A DNA stretch of 64,000 nt, taken from contig JABCSY010000003.1 of assembly GCA_018238625.1 (NCBI GenBank), positions 23,897-87,896 on the forward strand, in the 5' to 3' direction. Positions 57,712 through 64,000 of this stretch are shown piece by piece. Origin of the DNA: Promethearchaeota archaeon (GTDB lineage: Archaea; Asgardarchaeota; Lokiarchaeia; Sigyniarchaeales; SOKP01). Position 1 is the stretch's first letter. Every line of letters starts with the position of its first letter. Both the position numbers and the translations under genes were made by a program. The notes beneath the pieces were generated by a model. The model did not search any database and was not told the DNA's origin. It worked only from the letters and a program-made list of their open reading frames with translations.

Positions 57712-57879
57712 AATCTCAAGATTTTATAATCTTTGATAAAAAGCTTATTATTAATAAAAAAAATATATTCAAATTTTGAAACTCTACCTAATTTATATCT
57801 GTTTCTGAACATATGTATAAAAGGAAGCTAATAATAATATCTTCGTATACACAATTTTGAATAATTAAAACGTGATATT

Positions 57880-59088
57880 ATGGAGCCTTTTACAATTGTT
57901 ATAAATGTTATAGTTGTTGTCATCGGTTACTTCATTGGTTCAATAAATCCAGCTTATATTTTTGGAAGATTGAAAGATTTTGACATACGGGAAAAAGGAG
58001 ATGGCATTGCCGGGACGGTTAATACCTACCATAGTCTGGGGGTAAAATATGCCATACCTACAGGTATTTTTGATTTTTTTAAAGGTATAGTTGTTATTTT
58101 CATAGCGCTGAGTATGGGAGCTGATTTTGTATTCGCGCAATTAAGCGGTTTAGCAGCTATTGCGGGACATGTTTTTCCATTTTACATTAAATTTCGCGGT
58201 GGTCAAGGAATGGCTTGCACTTCAGGTATCCTACTTGCTTATTTATTGAATTATATTCTTGTTGGTCCCGAAATGCTTATTTTTATCTTTGTCTATTTAA
58301 TTTTTGTAATAGCTATATTCTTTTATGTTACTAAAACAGGTATTATAATTGCGATCATAGTGCTAGGTTTACTTGGATACACTGCTTATATTTATTATCC
58401 TGGAAGTCCTTATAATATCTTCTTCTGGATAGTAGTCGCATACGATATTTCTGTTTCATTTTACGATATGATAAAAGGGAAAGTAATCAAGATTGAAGAC
58501 GAAACTTTTAAAGCTCACTGGTGGCGAGTAGCCATAAGACCGTTCGCGATTTTATTTATAATATTTTACGTATTTTACTCGCAAATAACTACGTTGCAAT
58601 TTATTGGTATCGTAGCGCTATTTTTTATAGCATTTGATATTTATAGGTTTATGAGTAAACAAGCAAATGAATTAATAGCAACAAAAGTTAAAGCTCTATT
58701 AAGGAAAACAGAATTTAAAAAATTTTCGTCAATGACTATCTTTTTAGTTGCGATGTTTATAACTATATTGTTATTTCAGAAAGACGTAGCGATTATAGCC
58801 TCAACGTTTCTGATATTCGGAGATTCGTTTAGTAAGCTTTTTGGGTTAGCATTTGGAAGGCATAAAATATTGGACAAAACTTTAGAAGGTACGCTAGCAT
58901 ATGCGGGAAGTGTCCTTATTATGGGATACTTTCTTTATACTAGCTTAGAGATTTCTTTGATTGTTTTAATTTTAGGGGGTATCTCAGCACCTTTAGTTGA
59001 GATGTTTTCAATGAATGTAAACGACAATCTTACGGTTCCTTTAATAACGGGATCAATTATGACAGTAGCACTCTTGTTTGGTCTATAA
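57880..59088 (+). CDS. plsY: PlsY glycerol-3-phosphate acyltransferase fused to a CTP-dependent kinase (Dgk1/dolichol/phytol kinase-like) domain, copy 1
   Basis: GYFIGSINP, DIREKGDG.AGT.N, DFFKG and GHVFP...FRGGQG motifs. C-terminal GD.FSKLFG..FGRHK..KTLEG and NDNLTVP. Confidence 0.85.
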   Translation: MEPFTIVINVIVVVIGYFIGSINPAYIFGRLKDFDIREKGDGIAGTVNTYHSLGVKYAIPTGIFDFFKGIVVIFIALSMGADFVFAQLSGLAAIAGHVFPFYIKFRGGQGMACTSGILLAYLLNYILVGPEMLIFIFVYLIFVIAIFFYVTKTGIIIAIIVLGLLGYTAYIYYPGSPYNIFFWIVVAYDISVSFYDMIKGKVIKIEDETFKAHWWRVAIRPFAILFIIFYVFYSQITTLQFIGIVALFFIAFDIYRFMSKQANELIATKVKALLRKTEFKKFSSMTIFLVAMFITILLFQKDVAIIASTFLIFGDSFSKLFGLAFGRHKILDKTLEGTLAYAGSVLIMGYFLYTSLEISLIVLILGGISAPLVEMFSMNVNDNLTVPLITGSIMTVALLFGL

Positions 59089-59281
59089 AAAGGCGTTAAA
59101 TTTTTTTTCTTTTTTTATTATTTATTATTTTTATTATACTTAACACAGTAATTTTTCTATGATTTTTATCCGACTAAAATTTAAATATCACTAAATACAA
59201 GATAAATATGTATTAAAATGTAGATATTCATGCGTTATAAAAAAACTAACAGAAGAAAAGAATCAAACATGAGGACGAGAA

Positions 59282-60487
59282 ATGGAACCCTTAGAAATTA
59301 CGATTAGCATATTTTGTTTATTATTTGGCTATTTTTTTGGTAGTATTAATCCGGGCTATTTTTTTGGGAGACTAAAAAAAATCGATATAAGGGAAGTTGG
59401 TTCCAAAAACGCAGGAACAACAAATACATTTCAGATGTTAGGGGTGAAATATGGGATCCCCACAGCCATTTTTGATATTTCTAAAGGGTTGTTAGTGATA
59501 CTAATAGCATTAAGCTTAGGAACTAACGTTGTTGTGGCTCATTCAAGTGGATTGATGACAATCGTAGGTCACATATTTCCATTCTATTTAAAATTTAGAG
59601 GAGGTCAGGGCGTTGGTGCTGCTACAGGAATGCTTCTTTGTTATTTATTGAATTATTTAATAACCAAACCTGAATTTATCTTCTTTATATTTTATTTAAT
59701 TCTTCTTTCAGTGATATTTTATTATATTTCTAGAATTGGGACGGTTTTAAGCATTGTAGTGCTCCCCTTTCTTGGCTATTCGATATACGTCTATTTCCCG
59801 GGTTGCCAATGTAACATCTTTTTTTGGGTTGTAATTGCTCATATTACTACGATTGGTATTTACAATATCTTGAAAGAGGGTAAATTTAAGATAGAAGACA
59901 CGAATTTTCAGACATATTGGTGGCGTGTTGCGATAAGACCATTTGCGATTATTTTTTTAATATCTTATAGTATTTTAACAAAAGTTCCTTCTTTATATAT
60001 ACTTGGAAGTGTAACCCTAGTTCTGGTAGTATTTGATATCTTTAGATTGATGCATAAAAAAACAAATGAAGTATTGAAGACAAAAGTTAAGGCTTTACTT
60101 AGGAAAAATGAAATTAAAACATTTTCGTCATTCACCATCTTTTTTGTTGCCTTATTTATTACGTTATTGATATTTCCGAAAGAAGTAGCATTCATTGCAT
60201 CATCCTTTTTGATCTACGGTGATATATTTGGAAAACTTTTCGGTTTAGCATTTGGGAGACATAAGATATTGAATAAGACATTAGAAGGTACTTTAGCGTA
60301 CCTTGGGAGCGTTCTTATTATGGGATATGTGCTCTACACTAGCTTAGAGATTTCTTTGATTGTTTTAATTCTAGGGGGTATCTTGGCACCTTTAGTTGAG
60401 ATGTTTTCAATGAATATAAACGACAATCTTACGGTTCCTTTAATAACGGGATCAATTATGACAGTAGCACTATTGTTTGGCCTATAA
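59282..60487 (+). CDS. plsY: PlsY-kinase fusion, copy 2 (tandem paralog)
   Basis: DIREVGSKNAGTTN, DISKG, GHIFP.YLKFRGGQGVG, KTLEG and NDNLTVP motifs. Confidence 0.87.
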   Translation: MEPLEITISIFCLLFGYFFGSINPGYFFGRLKKIDIREVGSKNAGTTNTFQMLGVKYGIPTAIFDISKGLLVILIALSLGTNVVVAHSSGLMTIVGHIFPFYLKFRGGQGVGAATGMLLCYLLNYLITKPEFIFFIFYLILLSVIFYYISRIGTVLSIVVLPFLGYSIYVYFPGCQCNIFFWVVIAHITTIGIYNILKEGKFKIEDTNFQTYWWRVAIRPFAIIFLISYSILTKVPSLYILGSVTLVLVVFDIFRLMHKKTNEVLKTKVKALLRKNEIKTFSSFTIFFVALFITLLIFPKEVAFIASSFLIYGDIFGKLFGLAFGRHKILNKTLEGTLAYLGSVLIMGYVLYTSLEISLIVLILGGILAPLVEMFSMNINDNLTVPLITGSIMTVALLFGL

Positions 60488-60555
60488 TAAGAATTTTCTT
60501 CTCAAATTCTTCAAAAAATAATGTTATATTAGATAAATCTATCATAATTATAGGA

Positions 60556-61359
60556 ATGTCTTATATTGAGAAAAAGTATAACGATAAGATCTCAGAAGTT
60601 TTTGACGACCTCACTAAACTAGAACAAGACATCCTACAATTATTTAGTTTTAAATCCGTTAAATATTCTGAAAAGGTCGCAAAATTATGCGCTCTCAGTA
60701 ATAAAAGCATTAATCTCATCCTAAAGAAATATTATCCCGAAATTAAACGAATTGACGATAAGTTAAGGATAAAATCAAGATTGAAATTCTATTACGATTT
60801 AATAGACAAACTGACTCATTATATAAGATGCGTTGAGGAGTTTCAAAAATTAGACGATCAATATTACGAAACTATTATAAATTTCATTAACGAGAAAGAA
60901 AATTTAATATCAGGTAAATACAAAGAAAGCAGTTCTCACGAGTTAACGGTTTTTTACGACAAGAAAACTCGCGAAGATTTAGAACGAATATTAGCTGAAA
61001 AAATCGAATCGGGGAGTAAGCAATTCTTTACTTTCGGAAATTTAGAAGCAGAAATAAAGAAAATCGCTAGAATTGCTGGTGCGGACGAAGTAGCGATTTT
61101 AAATAATGAGGAAATCCTAAACAGGGCGGAGTTTATCAATAATCCAAAAGCAATTATTCATTATTCTGTTTTTTCTACAGATGAAGAATTATTGAAAAAC
61201 ATTGGTAGAGAATTAAAAGAATATCTTATTTCCAAGGGTTACGAAGCGATCATCCTCCTTCTTGAGATTTCTGATAATTCAACTGATCGAGATTATTTAA
61301 CAGGCTCGGTTATTACGAATGCAAAATTAGAACCAGATCGAGACAGTCAATTTATATAA
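60556..61359 (+). CDS. Hypothetical protein
   Basis: 267-aa ORF with no recognised motif. Confidence 0.7.
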   Translation: MSYIEKKYNDKISEVFDDLTKLEQDILQLFSFKSVKYSEKVAKLCALSNKSINLILKKYYPEIKRIDDKLRIKSRLKFYYDLIDKLTHYIRCVEEFQKLDDQYYETIINFINEKENLISGKYKESSSHELTVFYDKKTREDLERILAEKIESGSKQFFTFGNLEAEIKKIARIAGADEVAILNNEEILNRAEFINNPKAIIHYSVFSTDEELLKNIGRELKEYLISKGYEAIILLLEISDNSTDRDYLTGSVITNAKLEPDRDSQFI

Positions 61360-61450
61360 GATTTTTTCTAATAACGCCATTAAGTTCAATGAGATTAGAG
61401 TTTACTCATAAAATATTTAACTTTTAAAGTATTCTTTTTGATGATAGATT

Positions 61451-62926
61451 ATGGCTAAAAAGAAAAATGAAGCTCCTTTAACGGGTATAACAGTATCGAA
61501 AGATGAAGACTTTTCTGCGTGGTATACAGAGTTAATAACTAAAGCAGAGTTAGCGGATATCAGATACAACATCAAGGGATTTGTTGTTTATCGAGAATGG
61601 GCAACAATCACAATTAGAAAAATGTATAAGAAAACCGAAGATCTGCTGGAAGAAAAAGGTCATCTCCCATTGACAATGCCTTCTCTTATCCCTGAATCGA
61701 ATTTCTTATTAGAAGCAGAACACGTTGAGGGTTTTGCTCCTGAATTATTTTGGGTAACTGAAGCAGGTAATTCTGGTAAATTATCAGAACGTTTGGCATT
61801 ACGCCCGACTAGCGAAACTGCGCTATATAAAATGTATTCAATGTGGATAAGAAGTTATAAGGATCTGCCCTATAAAAGATATCTTTCATGCCAAGTCTGG
61901 AGATATGAGGGAAAAATGACAAGACCATTTCTTAGAGGCAGAGAATTTCATTGGATTGAAGCACACAATGTTTTTGCTACAATGGAGGGTGCGATGGAAC
62001 AAGTTAAAGAGGATATGGAATCGACTTACCAAATTCTTCAGGATGAGTGTTGTATCCCTTTAATCTTTTTTCAAAGACCAGAATGGGATAAATTTGCAGG
62101 AGCCGTTCATACTTATGCTGCTGATGCATTAATGGGGTCTGGAAAAGTTCTGCAGTTGCCCTCAACTCATTTGCTAGGCCAGAATTTCTCAAAGCCATTT
62201 AATGTAAAATTTGTAGATACAGATGGAGAAGAGAAATACGGTTATCAGACTTGTTATGGTCCTTCTCAAAGCAGAAATTATGGAGCTATGATTGCATATC
62301 TCGGAGATAACAAGGGATTAATCTTACCTTTTGATTTAGCACCAATCCAAATCGTAATTATTCCAATACTCTTCAAAGAAAAAGAGGATATCGTTCTAAC
62401 TAAAGTAAAAGAAATATTCGAAAGGTTAAAAACCAAGTATACGGTTAAAATTGACGATTCTGACGAGTCACCAGGAAGCAAATTTTACAATTGGGAATTA
62501 AAAGGAGTCCCGATACGGATTGAAGTCGGACCAAGAGACTTAGAAAAAAACCAAATGGTTTTAGTAAAAAGACACGATGGAAAGAAGATATTTGTGAAGG
62601 ATTCCGATCTAGAAAAAGTCGTAGATGAAATTACTCAAAACTATACTAAAGAGATTAAAGAAAAATCTATGATCGACTTCGAATCGCAAATTGAATTGAC
62701 TTATGAGAAAGACGCAGCAATAGAAGCAATTAAAAACGGAAAAATTGTGGCTTGTGGCTTTTGTTCTATAGATTTAGATGGTGAACATTGCGCTGGAGTT
62801 GTTGAAAAAGAAATTGGTGCGGAGGTTAGAGGTAAAAGAGTAGATGAAGAGAAACACGAGTTCGCCACTTGCATAATTTGCGGGAAACCAGCTTCATGCA
62901 CCGTTTATTTAGCAAAAAGTTATTAA
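61451..62926 (+). CDS. proS: Proline--tRNA ligase (archaeal/eukaryotic type)
   Basis: EHVEGFAPE, LRPTSET, TRPFLRGREF, HLLGQNFSK, WELKGVPIRIEVG and C-terminal AKSY. Confidence 0.97.
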   Translation: MAKKKNEAPLTGITVSKDEDFSAWYTELITKAELADIRYNIKGFVVYREWATITIRKMYKKTEDLLEEKGHLPLTMPSLIPESNFLLEAEHVEGFAPELFWVTEAGNSGKLSERLALRPTSETALYKMYSMWIRSYKDLPYKRYLSCQVWRYEGKMTRPFLRGREFHWIEAHNVFATMEGAMEQVKEDMESTYQILQDECCIPLIFFQRPEWDKFAGAVHTYAADALMGSGKVLQLPSTHLLGQNFSKPFNVKFVDTDGEEKYGYQTCYGPSQSRNYGAMIAYLGDNKGLILPFDLAPIQIVIIPILFKEKEDIVLTKVKEIFERLKTKYTVKIDDSDESPGSKFYNWELKGVPIRIEVGPRDLEKNQMVLVKRHDGKKIFVKDSDLEKVVDEITQNYTKEIKEKSMIDFESQIELTYEKDAAIEAIKNGKIVACGFCSIDLDGEHCAGVVEKEIGAEVRGKRVDEEKHEFATCIICGKPASCTVYLAKSY

Positions 62927-62971
62927 TTGTTAATAAAAGGAAAATTGATGCCTTAACGGCTTATTATTATT

Positions 62972-63265
62972 TTATCTTTCTGTATATCCAATAAATCCCG
63001 CAACTAAGATTAAAATTCCTCCAGCTAAGCTACTAAATATAATTATTACTATACCTAATCCTACAAATAATAACCAGTTCATAGGTACAGGATTACCCGG
63101 TCTGAGAACACTGAGTAAAACAATTACAGCTAGAATTATTGAAATTACTATTAACATTACTTTAGACGTATCAAAATTCCTTTCGTTAAAACCTAATATA
63201 GTTTCAATTAATGTAATTGCTCCACCTATTCCCGCTAACAATCTCGTTAAATCTTCTTCTCTCAT
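62972..63265 (-). CDS. Small membrane protein
   Basis: 97-aa hydrophobic ORF. Confidence 0.65.
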   Translation of the reverse strand: MREEDLTRLLAGIGGAITLIETILGFNERNFDTSKVMLIVISIILAVIVLLSVLRPGNPVPMNWLLFVGLGIVIIIFSSLAGGILILVAGFIGYTER

Positions 63266-63278
63266 TTCATCACTTTAT

Positions 63279-63303
63279 TTTTGTTTTGTTTTGTTTTGTT
63301 TTG
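63279..63303. repeat. (TTTTG)5 simple repeat
   Basis: Five perfect copies just upstream of the 97-aa gene start. Confidence 0.8.
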
Positions 63304-63586
63304 ATTGTAGAAAATGTTTCAGTCTTATCTAAGAGCTTTTCTTAGATTTATGATATTATTTTAGTTATTTAAAACCAATTGGAATAAGATTTAAGTTTTA
63401 AATCTCAAAGGATATTAATTTTTATTCTTTGTGTGTAAAAACTGATGTTGTGTGTCAAAAGTACGCACATTTACCTTTTTGTTATCGATTTATATTTTGT
63501 TAATTTTCTAATCAATAAAACAAATAGAAAGTTGATAAAAAAAAATGATAACTGAAAGCTATGTTTATTGTGAGGAAAATTATTAT

Positions 63587-64000
63587 ATGGATATAGATTC
63601 CGATTTTTCAAACGAAAAAATCCCACCCTTTATTGGATGTATGATTTCTGATAAATACGGAAAAACTTTAGTTACATTTGAAATTGTTAAGGGAGCTCTT
63701 GAAAATATTATTAAAAAAGATAGGAACATGGAAAATATTAATATAGACACCTTTCCAACTTATATTTGCGCTTTTAAAAGGTCATCGGAAGATGTTATTA
63801 TTCAAAATATTCCAAATATTGAAATACAGAATTCAAATTTTAAAATGCATATCCTTTTCTATCAAAATGAATATACGATAATCTTCTTTCTAAATCCAAT
63901 AGTTTGCTTTAATGTCGTTGAAAAAGTAATAGACAGTTACCTAACAAATTTTTTTGAAGAGTTTAAGTATGATTTTGAGGATATTTACTTTTTAGAAAGG
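63587..64000 (+). CDS. Longin-like domain protein (partial, runs off the window end)
   Basis: ATG 63587 open to 64000. FIGCMISDKYGKTLVTF...TYICAFKRSSE...YTIIFFLNP. Confidence 0.6.
   Translation, partial: MDIDSDFSNEKIPPFIGCMISDKYGKTLVTFEIVKGALENIIKKDRNMENINIDTFPTYICAFKRSSEDVIIQNIPNIEIQNSNFKMHILFYQNEYTIIFFLNPIVCFNVVEKVIDSYLTNFFEEFKYDFEDIYFLER

Noticed and set aside
869-62901. Numerous 60-130 aa ORFs antisense to or overlapping longer genes (e.g. 869-1213, 8046-8390, 14303-14662, 54740-55069)
   Set aside because: These are shadow ORFs of well-supported genes, with no motifs or ribosome-binding sites.

Overview
AT-rich chromosomal window from an Asgard archaeon, most likely Lokiarchaeia. Markers are a two-domain gelsolin, longin-domain proteins, a Rab-like GTPase, a RING protein next to a proteasome beta subunit, a histone, TFB, archaeal-type ProRS and methanofuran genes mfnE/mfnF. 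No rRNA, tRNA, CRISPR array, transposase or integrase was recognised. Main observations: (1) A histone gene missed by the ORF track (29581-29828, minus strand) has its SD-led start MAKKKHSSR out of frame with the intact histone fold. Removing a 20-nt hairpin insert at cut sites predicted by a relaxed bulge-helix-bulge restores a normal 75-aa histone, so this is a candidate spliced mRNA intron. A free-standing GIY-YIG/HTH-repeat endonuclease module lies just downstream. (2) Two tandem selenophosphate synthetase genes each carry an in-frame UGA (Sec) and their own eukaryote-like 3'-UTR SECIS, and both SECIS have an extra GNRA hairpin. (3) Three gene 3' ends are duplicated with mostly synonymous divergence (RING gene, tfb, plsY fusions), bracketing small inserts. 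Also present are a type II pantothenate kinase, an adaptin-like HEAT protein and G3P/PlsY lipid genes. All functional calls come from reading motifs by eye; no database searches were run.
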